A stretch of 64,000 bases of DNA from positions 25,110,001 to 25,174,000 of the forward strand of contig OZ024755.1 of NCBI GenBank assembly GCA_964016885.1. Direction: 5' to 3'. Origin of the DNA: Eledone cirrhosa. Lineage: Eukaryota. Below, piece after piece: positions 1 to 13,559 of this stretch. The notes under the pieces are model-generated. The model was not told the origin of the DNA. It saw only the letters and a program-made list of their open reading frames with translations, and made no database searches. Position numbers and translations under genes: made by a program. How positions within the stretch are numbered: the first letter of the stretch is position 1; every line of letters begins with the position of its first letter.

Positions 1-501
1 ACATATATATATTCATATACATATATATATTCATATACATATATATATTCATATACATATATATATTCATATACATATATATATTCATATATACATATAT
101 ATATTCATATATACATATATATATTCATATATACATATATTCATATATACATATACATATATATATTCATATATATATACATATATATATTCATATATAT
201 ACATATATATATTCATATATATATATACATATATATATTCATATATACATATATATATACATATATATATTCGTATATACATATATATATTCATATACAT
301 ATATATATTCATATACATTCATATACATATACATATATATATATATACATGTATATATTCATATACATATATATATTCATATACATTCATATACATATAC
401 ATATATATACATGTATATATTCATATACATATATACATGTATATATTCATATATATATACATATATATATTCATATATATATACATATATACATGTATAT
501 A

Positions 502-556
<55 letters not shown>

Positions 557-590
557 GTATATATTCATATACATATATATATATATATAT
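1..590. repeat. Degenerate (TA)n/(CATATA)n microsatellite
   Basis: Direct inspection; source of the YIYI ORFs. Confidence 0.95.
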
Positions 591-720
591 GTAGGAGATG
601 AGTTGTATTGTAGTACAATAAAGCAATGCAGATATCGGATAAGTACCACTCTACAGTTTGTAGGACTGGAGTATAAATAATATATGAGATCAAAAGATGG
701 TTAAAAGAGTTTCATACTTG

Positions 721-870
721 AATAGTTCTCTATCCAAGACATGCAATCTCTGTTTATGTGAAAAATTTACCATTATATCTAATTTAGACTCTATAATAAA
801 TAGACTCACTGACTTGTTTTCTCTCTGCTTGCATAAATTCCACAGAACATTCCATAAAGTATACAGCTAA
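721..870 (+). pseudogene. C-terminal fragment of a PLE endonuclease domain
   Basis: Manual translation NSSLSKTCNLCLCEKFTIISNLDSIINRLTDLFSLCLHKFHRTFHKVYS*, resembling the CxLCxxEK..I...N.R..L...C.H end of PLE ORFs; absent from the ORF track. Confidence 0.7.
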
Positions 871-1800
871 TATCTAATACTTTACCAATTTAATATCCTT
901 TTCTCAAAGGCACATATATATATAGAAACATATATATTTCTTTAAAAATATACCCATCTTTCTACCTTATTTCAATGTTATTTATTATACATTATATAAT
1001 ACTAGTTACTCATTCTATATCACTCCTATTTATCACTTCCCTTTCTTTCTTTTTTCCTTTTTCTTTTAATTTCTAACCTCTAATCCGTACCTTTTCTTCC
1101 TAGATACTTCTGAATTCTCATTATTACCCACCACAATATATTCTTACTTCATAATATCACCTTGAAAAATGCTTCGTAAACATAAACATATTTTTGACGT
1201 TAGATTATTCATCCTCAATTCATTATTTTTTCTCCCTTTCATGCTCATCTAACTTATACATATTACACTTATTCATCTACTCTTCCACTTCTTTTCACAA
1301 TATATCCTTAATTACATTACTATTGTTATATTTTTATATTTTTTAATAATACATATCAACAATTTCTTTCCATCGCACATATTATTAAACCCTTAAATAT
1401 TATTCTTAATACATATTAACAATTTCTTTTCATCGCACATATTATTAAACCCTTCAATATACAAACCTTAATTTAACATTATTCTAAAATTTTTCTCTTC
1501 GTTAATTTTCAAATTCTTTTAATTTATATATCTTCCAACGGTTTTTTTAACCTCTCTATGTAAAACAATATATTTTTCTCAGTTATAAAAGCTATCTCTC
1601 TCTCTCTCTATCACCCATCTCTCCTCCTATCTCATCCTTCCTCATTATACTCCTCCCCCTCCACTTTTTACTCTCATCTCCTCCCCCCCCCCCCTCAATT
1701 GTTTTCCCAATATCACACATCAATCTAAAACTACTTTTCATATGTTGATTTAAAACTGCACTATTCACAAGTGTGTTTTAACCTTCATATCATGTCTCCC

Positions 1801-1874
1801 TATTTTATCTGATGAAAACGCAAATGTTATTGCATGATGATATTTTTTATTTTTGAAATGCACATTATAAAATA
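1801..1874 (+). ncRNA. Type I hammerhead ribozyme (slightly decayed)
   Basis: tattttat-CTGATGA-stem II-GAAA-tgcaca-TT-ataaaata; 8-bp stem I. Confidence 0.75.
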
Positions 1875-2101
1875 CATGGAACTCTTTTAACCATCTTTTG
1901 ATCTTATATATTATATATATATATATATATATGACCAAAGATTAATATGATTCATTGATTACTCAATGAATATAGTTTTACAATAGATTAAAAGCACTCT
2001 ACAGTTAGTTTTCTGGAGTTATTAATATTATTCAACATATTAATAAATGAAGACATCCACATAATCAAAATATATGTTTTATTGTATATATTTCGAAGGT
2101 A

Positions 2102-2144
<43 letters not shown>

Positions 2145-2148
2145 TATG

Positions 2149-2202
<54 letters not shown>

Positions 2203-2355
2203 TATATACATGTATATGAATATATATATGAATATATACATGTATATGAATATATATATGAATATATACATGTATATGAATATGTACATGTATATATATA
2301 TATATATTATTCAAAATATTAATAAATGAAGACATTCACATAATCAAAATATATG

Positions 2356-2417
2356 TTTTATTGTATATATTTCGAAGGTACTGTGCTGTTTTTCCAGTAC
2401 GTCCTCGTCAGATAAAA
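2356..2417 (-). ncRNA. Hammerhead motif (mirror copy of 2569-2630)
   Basis: Reverse complement of the + strand motif. Confidence 0.65.
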
Positions 2418-2568
2418 TGCATGAATTGATGTATGACAGACCTCAAAGGTCTTGATGGTTCAATTCCAGTATTGGCAGTACTGGAATTGAACCATTCAAT
2501 TCCAGTACTGCCAATACTGGAATTGAACCATCAAGACCTTTGAGGTCTGTCATACATCAATTCATGCA

Positions 2569-2630
2569 TTTTATCTGACGAGGACGTACTGGAAAAACAG
2601 CACAGTACCTTCGAAATATATACAATAAAA
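2569..2630 (+). ncRNA. Type I hammerhead motif with variant cleavage site
   Basis: ttttat-CTGACGA-ggacgtactg...cagtaccttc-GAAA-tatata-CA-ataaaa; CA where the relative at 37978 has TA. Confidence 0.65.
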
Positions 2631-2681
2631 CATATATTTTGATTATGTGAATGTCTTCATTTATTAATATTTTGAATAATA

Positions 2682-3568
<887 letters not shown>

Positions 3569-3733
3569 ATAGGAAAATGTTCAAGACCCCGACGGCAGAG
3601 CTCAAGCCGTTTCGACGGCCAGAAATAACCGTCGGGGTCTTGAACATTTTCCTATTACCCACTCTACTATCCTAAGTATTGAGTACTCTAGTGCGTTATG
3701 GTCCACCTGGTTCCTTACTACACTTCCTTCCTT
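3569..3733 (+). mobile_element. Family A mini-PLE fold-back element (short arms + tail)
   Basis: ataggaaaatgttcaagaccccgacgg...ccgtcggggtcttgaacattttcctat, then an ~80-nt tail ending in (TA)n. Confidence 0.75.
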
Positions 3734-4286
3734 ATATATAATGTTTAAACTTTTGGATTCTGAGAATCCTTTGGCTCTTAGCCTTTAACTTTTGACAATT
3801 TTCGGAATTTTGTAGAAAAAAATGTTACTTAATTCCCTCTTTGTATATACTTATTTATTTACTCATTCATTTATATACACACGCACTGTGTCTCGTTTTT
3901 GAAAAGATTTTTTTAAGATCTTTTGAAAATTTCTTTTAAGGAATGATTTTTTGGAGAGAAAGATATTTTTAAAGTTTCTTTTGAAAAGTATTTTTTGAAG
4001 TTTTTTGGAAGAGTTTTCTTAACTCTCTTAACTTCTTTAATTCTTAAATTTTTTAATTCGGGGAATCCTTTGGATTTCAGCTCTTAACTTAACTTTTGCC
4101 AATTTTCTGAATTTTTGGAGAGAAAATGATTTTTTCTTAGTTCCTCTCTACAAAAGTAACTTTAACAGACAAACTGTAAAAACACACACACAACAACCCC
4201 ACACATATACACACACGTATTTATGCATACATATACGCACACACTCATGTGTGTACTGTTGTATATACACCCTCACACTCTCTCTA

Positions 4287-4350
<64 letters not shown>

Positions 4351-4593
4351 TGTACACATACCAACCTACCACAGTATTCAGCTCTTACAACCCCCTATCC
4401 CCTTTTGAACTATTGACCACTAGATTAAAATACAGTCACAGCATATTTTTCACATCAACAAAACAACTTGTTCTCATTCCCAGCCAACTTTTCAGGAAGC
4501 ATGATGGAAGAAATTTTACTCAAATATTCGATTTTGATTTTAATTTTAAACCTTTCTTTACTCCTACCAACATTTTTTACTGAATTTGACAAG

Positions 4594-4859
4594 TCTAAAA
4601 AGTCTATCTTAAGCCAGAAGGCTCATTTGGCTGGTGCTTATCCCCGGTTTCATGGTGTGAAGCGACTGAGAGTACAAGACTCCAGTCCATCGCAGGGTTA
4701 AACCTCCAGCTACTGCTGGTACTCATTTTCAGCTGAGTAAACTGGAGCAACGTGAAATGAAGTGTTTTGCTCAAGAACACAACACGCAGCCCAGGAATCG
4801 AACCCACGACATTATGATCGTAAGTCCAACACTCTTACCACTAGCCCACGTGCCTCCAC
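4594..4859 (-). mobile_element. tRNA-derived CORE-like SINE
   Basis: Minus strand has B-box GGTTCGATTCC and TTGAGCAAAACACTT; 12-bp flanking duplication gaatttgacaag. Confidence 0.8.
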
Positions 4860-5123
4860 GAATTTGACAAGATGGATCTTAATACATCGAAACCGGTAAT
4901 TTTCTCATATACTTTATATACTTCATAAACATTTTTTAAAAAAAGAATTGTCCATCTCTTTTTTTTAATAACATTATCTTTTTAATACTATCTTTTCAAT
5001 AATGTCAGTTTGGCGAATCAAAAAAGAAAAACAGACCCTTAAATATATCTCCCGTGCTATTTCCAACCTTCATCTTCTCTCTATATCCACTGTTTTGCAT
5101 AGAACCCCCACTTCCCTTTTCTA

Positions 5124-5157
<34 letters not shown>

Positions 5158-5876
5158 TTGAAACATGCATTTACACATATGCGTACGCACCCATATCACG
5201 TAAAAGCAAGAAACACACATACATACACACACAATCATTCATTCACTTTCTCACTATCTTATTAATATATCTCGGTATCACAGACATAATGAAGTAAATT
5301 CATACATACATACATACACACATACAGGAGTAAATTCACACACACACATATATCAGATGAGTATTGTGTATGTATATATATATAAGTGTGTGTGATTAAG
5401 TTGCAGCTCAGCTTTTCTTCTCAGTCTTGTTATGTTGAAAACGTAATTTCATCTGTATTGTTTATAACCTTGAGGTGGAGTTTCTCTTTTCCCATATATT
5501 TATTCTTATCTAACATCCTGATGTAAAATGAAAATATCAAACAGAATGATATCAATGCTATTACGTTTAGTTCCAGCATCCGATCATTGTTCGTAGTTTC
5601 TTTACTGCTCTTTTGATTATATTTTTGATTAAAGTCACCATATTATGCACCAACGTATATGTATGTAAAAATACTATGCATTGTGATGAAATTCTTTCTT
5701 TCTTTAGTTTCTTGTTTTAACATCATTACTATACGGTGGATCAGACCATGTAATATTTCTTTACCTATGTTTAGTACTCTAGCTAGTTGAGATGTTCATT
5801 CTTTCCTTACATCAAATGCCTATTAGTGCCTCGTTATTGAAACCCTCGGCCCTGCTAAACGTGGTCCCCCCCCCCG

Positions 5877-5900
<24 letters not shown>

Positions 5901-5907
<7 letters not shown>

Positions 5908-6008
5908 TAACAGATTAAAGTTTAAGCAAAGAATCGCTGCTTTCACCCTTAATGGGTTCTTCTGAAAGCCCTCTTCAGATTTAGTCTTCACATTTTTTAT
6001 TATTACTA
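5901..6008 (-). mobile_element. Short (TA)n-inserted PLE-like fragment
   Basis: Ends recur at ~12762-12840, ~17673-17715 and ~29882-29905; decayed hammerhead-like core; bounded by (TA)n. Confidence 0.5.
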
Positions 6009-6427
6009 TATATATATATATATACATACAAAACAGGGGTTGCACAGGACGATGTCAACGGAAAATAGACAACGAAAAACACAGTTCCATCTCAGTCAAT
6101 TTCTGAAAATCACTACTGTTTCAGGACATTAAGTTTGATACCTTTCATTCCTGTGTACATTAGTACGAGACAGAAACAGGAGAAATTGTCTTTCGGCGAA
6201 TTACACGAATAAAGACAAAACAATTATCCCGGGAGCTCCACCTGAGAAAGAAGAGAGAGAACGGTGCACGAGGGATTAGACAAAAAAGAAAAATATATCT
6301 AGAGGCTTCTAGATATTGATGCTACATGCACTAGTGTCATTTCCAACACAGAGCAACTCATGTCTTTTTCGTTTGTGTATATATACTGAACACCTGATGT
6401 TTCTTTGTGTGTGTGTATGTATGCATG

Positions 6428-6485
<58 letters not shown>

Positions 6486-6589
6486 ACACCTCATGTGTGT
6501 GTGTGTATATATATATATATACAGAATACCTCATGTCTCTGTGTGTATATATATAACTAGACATATGACTTGCTAAATTAATGAAATCT

Positions 6590-6850
6590 AGTGGCGTGAG
6601 GTGGGAAGTCTGACGGTAGCAAAGTCATAACTGCAACAAGAAATAATTAGGAAACGACTGCTCCACCTGGCGTGCCACATTCACTGTCAACTCGATCAGC
6701 AACACTCGAAAACCACGATGAGATGGACTCCTTTCCGAGGCAAACGGAAAAGAGGTCGACTAAAATTCACCCGGCACCAAATATTTCAAGAAGATCTAAA
6801 GGAGTAGGATGACTTCATACTAAATAGTGTGTATCCAACGGTCTGGAAGG
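6590..6850 (+). mobile_element. Decayed RTE-clade LINE C-terminal fragment
   Basis: Translation ...IIRKRLLHLACHI...MRWTPFRGKRKRGRLKFTRHQIFQEDLK. Confidence 0.6.
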
Positions 6851-6919
6851 GAAGTAATTATATCGGAGTTTCATGGAAAAAAAAATTCATTTAAATAAAA
6901 GGATTAATCAGAAGAAAAG

Positions 6920-7470
6920 CGGTAGGTATAAATGCCAAACTCGCCATTCATGCCAACCCTGAATCCGATCGCAAACACAAGCAGCCGAAATAGGGTTCCT
7001 CTGAAGGGTCTTTGGAGTATGACATATAGCTAATAAGAACACAGGATTAAGTGAAACTGAAAAAAGGTGTGTTCATAAATCTTGGGTAATGACCGAAAGA
7101 ATACGATCGCGAATACAAACGGCCGAAGTGGGGTTCCCTCTAAGGGTCTTTGGAGTAACGTTACTCGATAAAGTGCGTAGCTCGGAGATCAGAGTGTCAC
7201 TCCAGGGAGAGCCGCTACTTCTCCGAATTGAGGAATCAGAGCTTCGATACTAGGAGCATGTGGTTAGAATGTCTCAGGAAAGAATCGCTGGACAGATTTT
7301 ACGGGCGAAAACAACAGGTAGGAGACCTAGGGGTAGACCTCGAAGAAAATTGTTGGATAACATCAATGAAATTGGCTGCTCTCACTTGAAGATCCATCAG
7401 TTGGAGACGGTTGTTTATGACAAGACCTGGTGGATAGAATGTTTGAGGATTCTGCTCTACGACCCTCTCA
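6920..7470 (+). mobile_element. RTE-clade LINE 3' fragment (pseudogenised)
   Basis: MTERIRSRIQTAEVGF...LLDKVRSSEIR...VRMSQERIAGQILRAKTTGRRPRGRPRRKLLDNI; probable (GAA)n tail at 7601-7700 displaced by a SINE. Confidence 0.85.
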
Positions 7471-7476
7471 ATAATA

Positions 7477-7602
7477 ATAATTGTTTCCACTTTTGGCACA
7501 GGGCCATCAAATTACCCAGTACATTACTGGTACTTTATTTTATCGACCCCGTAAGGATGAAAGGCAAAGTTAAACTCGGCGGGGTTTGATCTCAGACCGT
7601 AA
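7477..7602 (-). mobile_element. SINE type 1 (5'-truncated)
   Basis: Matches the 3' two-thirds of the 11458 SINE. Confidence 0.85.
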
Positions 7603-8199
7603 GAAGAAGAAGAAGGAGAAGAAGAAAAAGAAGAAGAAAAAGAAGAAAAAGAAGAAAAAGAAGAAAAAGAAAAAGAAGAAAAAGAAGAAAAGAAAAAGAA
7701 GGCGGGGGAGGATGAGGGGTGAGTGATCCATTTTCCAAATTAATGCCTCAACAAATGTAGATTTGTGAATCTAATCTCAGTAACTATGACAACGAAGACT
7801 CTTCTAATTAATTGTTCTGAGATTCACTACGTAATTATGTATGTGTAAACCAGCCAATGGAATCTCGTAATATGACCAGAAACACGTGCACAATTTCAGA
7901 TGAAGAAACATTAATGTATGTGTATGCGTGTGTGTGTGTGTATGCGTGTGTGTGTGTGTATGCGTGTGTGTGTGTGTAAAGAAGAAATATATCTGGGAGT
8001 TTCATCTTCCAGTATATTTACAACGTAGAGAGAATTTTGTTTATAACTATGGTAAATAAAATTATTGAAGTTAAAATTACAAAATGGGTAATTTTAGGCG
8101 TACAATAAACACGCACATATATGTATGCATATACGTATGTATATATGAGTATATATGTGTGTGTGTATATTTAATTATATATATATATATATTATATAT

Positions 8200-8675
8200 A
8201 AATACAAAAAGGAAAATGAAACAACAAAGCAAATAATACGATACAGAGAAGAAATATATTAGTTTAACGTTTGATATAGTAAGGAAAGTGTCTGTACGTT
8301 TCGGACAGTAGTCCCTCATCAGAAGGTAGATAGAATGAGAAATAGAAAACTAAATAGAAAGATAGAGAATGAGAAAAGGAAGGAACGGAAAAATATTTTT
8401 TGGGAAAAAAAACAAAAACAAAAAAAAAACAAAGGCACGTTTCTATTCAGTCAGCCATTTTGTGATAAGTGTGTAACTATGTACATATACACATATTTCA
8501 TAAGTTGTAGAAACTGTGGTCTGAGAAAATATACAATTGCCCTCATTACAAATAACCATCGGTAAGCACTCTGACCACAGATTTGCTGTTTAATACATTT
8601 AAATCCTGTCTCATTGACTGGGTAAAAGAGCAACGGAGTAATAGTGAATATTTCCCCTATGGCCTTGTTTTAACT
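8200..8675 (-). mobile_element. PLE pLTR fragment with hammerhead (family also at ~12841-13080 + and ~42502-42720 -)
   Basis: Starts at (TA)n; shared flanks gaaatatatt.gtttaac..ttgatatagta and gatagaatgagaaata with the 42502 copy. Confidence 0.6.
8291..8326 (-). ncRNA. Minimal hammerhead motif
   Basis: CTGATGA-gggactactgtcc-GAAA-cg-TA on the minus strand; stem I weak. Confidence 0.6.
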
Positions 8676-8698
8676 ATATATATATATTTTATTTAGGT

Positions 8699-9079
8699 TT
8701 GTTGGTCCACTCAGGACCTTCTCTACGCAGACAGCTAACCAAAAGACACTCCACCACACATGACAGCCGCTGCAGGCTAGCCAACTGCCCCGTCAACGAA
8801 ACAGACCTATGCCACCAGGCTTACGTCGTATACAGATTAGAGTGCGACAAATGCAGCAATTTCTACATAGGTAGTACCACCAGACCACTTCACATAAGAA
8901 TAAAAGAATATCTCAATACTAACGCTTGCTCATTTAAGAAACACCTAGTGAAATGCAAAAAACATAATAGTTAGGATAGAATCTAAGGAAATCTTAGAAT
9001 TAAAGAAGCACTAATTATAGACAAAACGCAACCGCCAATCAATAACAGACTAGAACTCAACGCCCAATTCTTAACATGA
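8699..9079 (+). pseudogene. GIY-YIG endonuclease domain of a PLE (disrupted)
   Basis: VVYRLECDKCSNFYIGSTTRPLHIRIKEY...; continues after disruption as NLRIKEALIIDKTQPPINNRLE. Confidence 0.9.
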
Positions 9080-9442
9080 TAGAGCACCTAGCCCCACACT
9101 TACACCTCCACGTACCCTCACACACACACACACACGCTTTCACCTCCACTTATTCTCTCAAACACATACACACACACAAAGACCAGTTTTAACATGATAG
9201 AGAATCTAGCTTCCACATTTACATATAGACATCTCCTCGCACGCACGCACGCGCATGCTTACACCTTCACGTATTCTTCCACACACACTTAAACATACAT
9301 GCCCAAACCCCTTTTAAAGGGAGACAACTCTTTATTCACCTAACCTTCACTCTTTGACATTAGAAATAGAATGGAATTTCTATACCATTTCCTGTCAGCA
9401 TGACTTGGCAAGCTAATTAGAACACTGGATTAACCCCTTACT

Positions 9443-9478
9443 TCCCTCCGAAGAAGAGATTATCTCGAAAATTAAGGA
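9443..9478 (+). ncRNA. Minimal hammerhead motif in the PLE pLTR (U4C variant)
   Basis: cct-CCGAAGA-agagattatctc-GAAA-at-TA-agg. Confidence 0.6.
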
Positions 9479-9826
9479 TATTCAAATAAATTTAAGGTAA
9501 AAGACTAATTTTCAGCAATATCTTTTGCATTTGTATTTATATTCTATATCCACACCTGCATTGTTTTGGCCTTCTAACTCCAAACGTTTATACCTCATTA
9601 CGCAATGTTTCAAGTAAACTACAATTTCCTTATATATATATATATATAAACACGTGTTTGTATAATTAAACATTCTGCCAATCCAACATCTAAGGAGTGG
9701 TACTTTATTTATCGCTCGAAAAAGGATGAAAGAGTCGAAGTGTATATTTATCTAAATACCTTCCCTTATATAAACAAATTTAGATTTTTTGTTTGTTTTG
9801 GTTCTAACATTACGGATACGTAAATG

Positions 9827-10160
9827 CATTCGTGAGTTTTATATCAAATAATGATTGTTTCTACTTTTGGCACAAGGCCAGCAATTACCCAGATATTACT
9901 GGTACTTTATTTTATCGACCTCGTAAGGATGAAAGGCAACAATAATATTCGATTTTTTTGCAAGCAAACAGATTCATTACTATGTATTTTAAGATGACCA
10001 TCGCCATAATTTTGTTCTAGCGGTGACAGAGAGAGGTAAAATCTCTGTCACCGCTAGGAAGAAAGGATGGTAATGGTCATGTAAAAATCATATCGTAATG
10101 AAGCTGTTTGCTTGCAAACCAATCGAATATTATTACCATTCGATATAAAATTCACGAATG
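9827..10160. mobile_element. Fold-back/MITE-like element interrupted by a SINE fragment (~9855-9940)
   Basis: Imperfect inverted arms cattcgtga.ttttatatc...ttgcaagcaaacag...ctagcggtgacagaga and their reverse complement. Confidence 0.7.
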
Positions 10161-10317
10161 AACCTTCCATTATAATTTTCTGTAACTAAACTTCCTGTAA
10201 CATCAACCTAACAACGAAAAGGTTATATTACAAAATATCTGGATATTTTCGATTATTTTCAGAATTATTTGAAACGTATTTGGGATGTTATTGATTGCAG
10301 GTTTTCTCAATGTAGGG

Positions 10318-10635
10318 CAGTGGTTCCCAACCTTTTATCTCTCATGCCCAATCTCAACACATAACAAATTGTTATCCACCAACTTTGATAAGAAAACAGT
10401 GATGATCAACTGCAAAGTGTAAACATATTGGTATATAGGTGGTGCCAGATGCACAGTAATATTTGTGGAGGAGGTGAGACAGGAGTTTCTGACAGTAATG
10501 TGTACCAAAGTTTCCTTGTGTAAAAGTAATAAGGTAAAACCTGAAGTTTGTTCTCATTAACATCATTTTCAAATGCCCCCCTAGATATTCAAATTGCACC
10601 CCTGTGAATTGTGCGCCCTACGTTGGGAATCACTG
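10318..10635. mobile_element. hAT (Charlie-like) MITE
   Basis: TIRs CAGTGGTTCCCAAC / GTTGGGAATCACTG; 8-bp TSD atgtaggg/atgaaggg. Confidence 0.85.
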
Positions 10636-10736
10636 ATGAAGGGTGACCTAGAATTACACAACAAACGCCACGTGGCGTGAACCATATTTAAGTCACCTCA
10701 ATTTCACAGTATCATATGCAAAGTTCTTATAATAAG

Positions 10737-11048
10737 CAGGTCCGGATTTAGTGAAGGGCAAAGGCGGCAATTGCCTTGGGTCCCCCCACAGTGATGATGG
10801 TGGTAGTGGTGGGGCGGGAGGACCAGCGATGGCCGTAGAAATTTATTTGTGTTCTCTGGTGGGCTTTTCAGTTTTAGGATGGTTAGAATTTTTGAATTTA
10901 ATACCTATATGTATAACTTCTCAATTCCATTACTTGTGCCAAGCTAACTTTGATATATAAAGTTGGGGGTGGTCTGCTGTGTTTTCTAAATGTCTGTGTA
11001 TGAGCCCCCCCCCCCCCCCCCTTCCTCCCAGGTCTTAATCCAACCCTC
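10737..11048. mobile_element. hAT-like MITE (second copy at ~16146-16365)
   Basis: Termini CAGGTCCGGATTTA / TTAATCCAACCCTC; internal homology to the 16146 copy. Confidence 0.6.
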
Positions 11049-11457
11049 ATAAGAAATACTTGTTCAAAGTCTGTCTGTTTCAAAGTCTGACTAATGGCTC
11101 CAGATTTGGAGTTGTTTGAGGAGTTAATGATCTGTAGTAGAGAAACCAGTGTAGCAACCGTTGCATGCAGCCGTAACGTCGATATAACAACACCCAACAC
11201 CGCCATCTACTACACTAGCTCTCTCTTTCTCTCCTCCTCCCTCTCCCCTTTCTTTCTGTCTGTCCCTCCTCTCTCTCCCTCTCCGAAAATTTACTTCGTA
11301 CTTGACTAATCCATATCAACTATATAGTATTTCTCGCTTCGATTTCTTTCCTTCTCTCTTTCTACTCTGTCCAAACATCACTTCTCCCTGATTTCGTAAG
11401 CATTATGTCTTCTAAAGGAATCACCAATCGTCCTTGTTATCTTTTCAATATATATAA

Positions 11458-11642
11458 GGCGGTGGATTGGCAGTATCGGTAGAGGGTCGGACGCCATGCT
11501 TTCCAGCATAGTTACGTCCCTTTACGATCTGAGTTCAAATCCCGCCGAGGTTGACTTTGCCTTTCATCCTTACGGGGTGGATAAAATAAAGTACCAGTAA
11601 TGTACTGGGTTATTGCTGGCCTTGTGCCTAAAGTAGAATCAA

Positions 11643-11645
<3 letters not shown>
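11458..11645 (+). mobile_element. Full-length tRNA-derived SINE type 1 with Meta-like central domain
   Basis: A-box TGGCAGTATCGG, B-box GAGTTCAAATCC, central GACTTTGCCTTTCATCCTTACGGGGT.GATAAAATAAAGTACC; more than 12 copies in the window. Confidence 0.9.
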
Positions 11646-11673
<28 letters not shown>

Positions 11674-11796
11674 CATACATATATATATGAGAGAAGGAGA
11701 GGGGCGTGTATAGCTTTGCCTTTCATCCTTACGGGGTCGATAAAATAAAGTACCAGTAATGTACTGGGTTATTGCTGGCCTTGTGCCTAAAGTAGA

Positions 11797-11870
<74 letters not shown>

Positions 11871-11994
11871 CATACATATATATATGAGAGAAGGAGAGGG
11901 GGTGTATAGCTTTGCCTTTCATCCTTACGCGGACGATAAAATAAAGTACCAGTAATGTACTGGGTTATTGCTGGCCTTGTGCCTAAAGTAGAAT

Positions 11995-12032
<38 letters not shown>

Positions 12033-12165
12033 CATACATATATATATATGAGAGAAGGAGAGGGGGTGTATAGCTTAGCCTTTCATCCTTACGCGGACGA
12101 TAAAATAAAGTACCAGTAATGTACTGGGAAATTTGCTGGCCTTGTGCTAAAAGTAGAAACAATTA
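11646..12165 (+). repeat. Three tandem units of (TA)n + captured spacer + SINE 3' half
   Basis: Repeated gagagaaggagagggg.gtgtatagct followed by the SINE 3' half. Confidence 0.85.
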
Positions 12166-12428
12166 TGTCTTCTATAAAAATAGTCGCACGAAATTCCGTT
12201 CTCGCCGTCTCTTTCTATATAAATATATATACATGTATGTCTGTGTGTTTCATTTTGCAGTGTAGTAATTATATATATATTACATAAAGCATATATTCTT
12301 TCTCGCCTGGAATAACTATAGGGTGCAGTCTAATTTTCAAACAGCTATACACCCCCTCTCCGTCTCTCATATATATATGTATGTATGAGTATATATATAT
12401 ATATATATTGAAAAGATAACAAGGATGA

Positions 12429-12532
12429 TTGGTTACTCCTTTATTACATTTATTGGTTGGTGACGCGCGTTTCGCCACTGATCAGTTCAAGGACCTATAC
12501 AGATATAACCTTGAGTTGATCAGTGGCGAAAG
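12429..12532 (-). mobile_element. PLE fragment of the CGCGCG-hammerhead family, fold-back
   Basis: tgacgcgcgtttcgccactgatcagttcaagg and its inverted copy ccttgagttgatcagtggcgaaa. Confidence 0.65.
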
Positions 12533-12575
12533 TGTGTGTAGCTATGTATCTATGTATATATATATATGTATATAT

Positions 12576-12746
12576 AACAAAGAACGTGTGGTAAGATACC
12601 AGGTGGACCATAACGCACCAGAGTACTCAATGCTTAAGATAGTAGAGCGGGTAATAGGAAACGAGTCAGGACCCCGACGGCTGAGTTCGGATCTAGCTAT
12701 CGAAACGGCCGGTGCTCAGCCGTCGCGGCCCTGACTATTTTCCTAT
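12576..12746 (-). mobile_element. Family A mini-PLE
   Basis: Tail + fold-back ending ttcctat(AT)n. Confidence 0.8.
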
Positions 12747-12974
12747 ATATATATATATATAGTAATAATAATAAACGTGAAGATCCCGTTAAGGGTGTAA
12801 GCAGCGATTCTTTGCTTAAACTTTAATCTGTTATTTTAATATATGTACAAAACGCCAGCACCAACAGTTTTACAAGATATGTCAACATGAACGGACCTGT
12901 TATTTTTATCTAAATACATTTTTTTTCAATTCCAACCCAACCGTCCCCTCGATCTATCTTATTTCTCATTCTTC

Positions 12975-13008
12975 CTTCTCATGAAGGACTAGCGTCCGAA
13001 ACGTTAAG
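12975..13008 (+). ncRNA. Decayed minimal hammerhead
   Basis: ctt-CTCATGA-aggactagcgtcc-GAAA-cg-TT-aag (G5C change). Confidence 0.5.
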
Positions 13009-13075
13009 CACCTCTTCCGTAATATATCCCTTCTATATACTGTACCGATTGTGTTGTTATTTCTGTTTATCTTTT

Positions 13076-13121
<46 letters not shown>

Positions 13122-13202
13122 CTATATATATATATATAGCTATATATATATATATAAATATATATATATAGCTATTTCTACACGAATCTACTCAGTAGTA
13201 AT

Positions 13203-13298
13203 AATTGTTTCTACTATTGGCACAAGGCCAGGAATTACCCAGTACATTACTGGTACTTTATTTTATCGACCCCGTAAGGATTAAAGGCAAAGTTAACC
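13203..13298 (-). mobile_element. SINE type 1 fragment
   Basis: Similarity to the 11458 copy. Confidence 0.8.
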
Positions 13299-13559
13299 TA
13301 GAATACTAATAGAACCATCCTAACTTTTATATAATATAAGAGGATAATTATAAATGAATAGCAAGCTTGAAACTAAAATAAAATTAAGGTTGAAAATAAA
13401 GCTTTAAAATAAAATGAAGGTCAATAAATAAATAACAAATAAATAACACATAAAGAATACATGAATAAAATACACACAAAGAAAGAAAAATAGAAAAGAA
13501 AACAAGGAAAAAGTTAATGATAAAATATAAGAAGAGATGCAAAAAAAAACAACAAGAGG

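Larger units (their letters stand above)
591..1912 (+). mobile_element. 5'-truncated Penelope-like element with inverted tail+pLTR end (591-717), endonuclease C-terminus, 3' UTR and hammerhead; (TA)n on both sides
   Basis: 679-715 is the reverse complement of ~1877-1912; frame 721-870 matches a PLE endonuclease C-terminus; HHR at 1801-1874; relatives at ~20660-20830 and 56516-56673. Confidence 0.8.
1934..2681. mobile_element. PLE-derived element: antisense tail+partial pLTR (1934-2107), then a perfect palindrome centred at 2493
   Basis: ~2306-2491 is the reverse complement of 2495-~2681; hammerhead in each arm; bounded by (TA)n. Confidence 0.8.
8690..9632 (+). mobile_element. 5'-truncated Penelope-like element with GIY-YIG endonuclease and pLTR
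   Basis: GIY-YIG ORF remnant, downstream HHR-like motif, (TA)n at both ends. Confidence 0.85.

Noticed and set aside
10898-11309. Overlapping ORFs of 102 and 71 aa as a possible exon
   Set aside because: The longer ORF runs into a MITE; no recognisable domain or convincing splice sites
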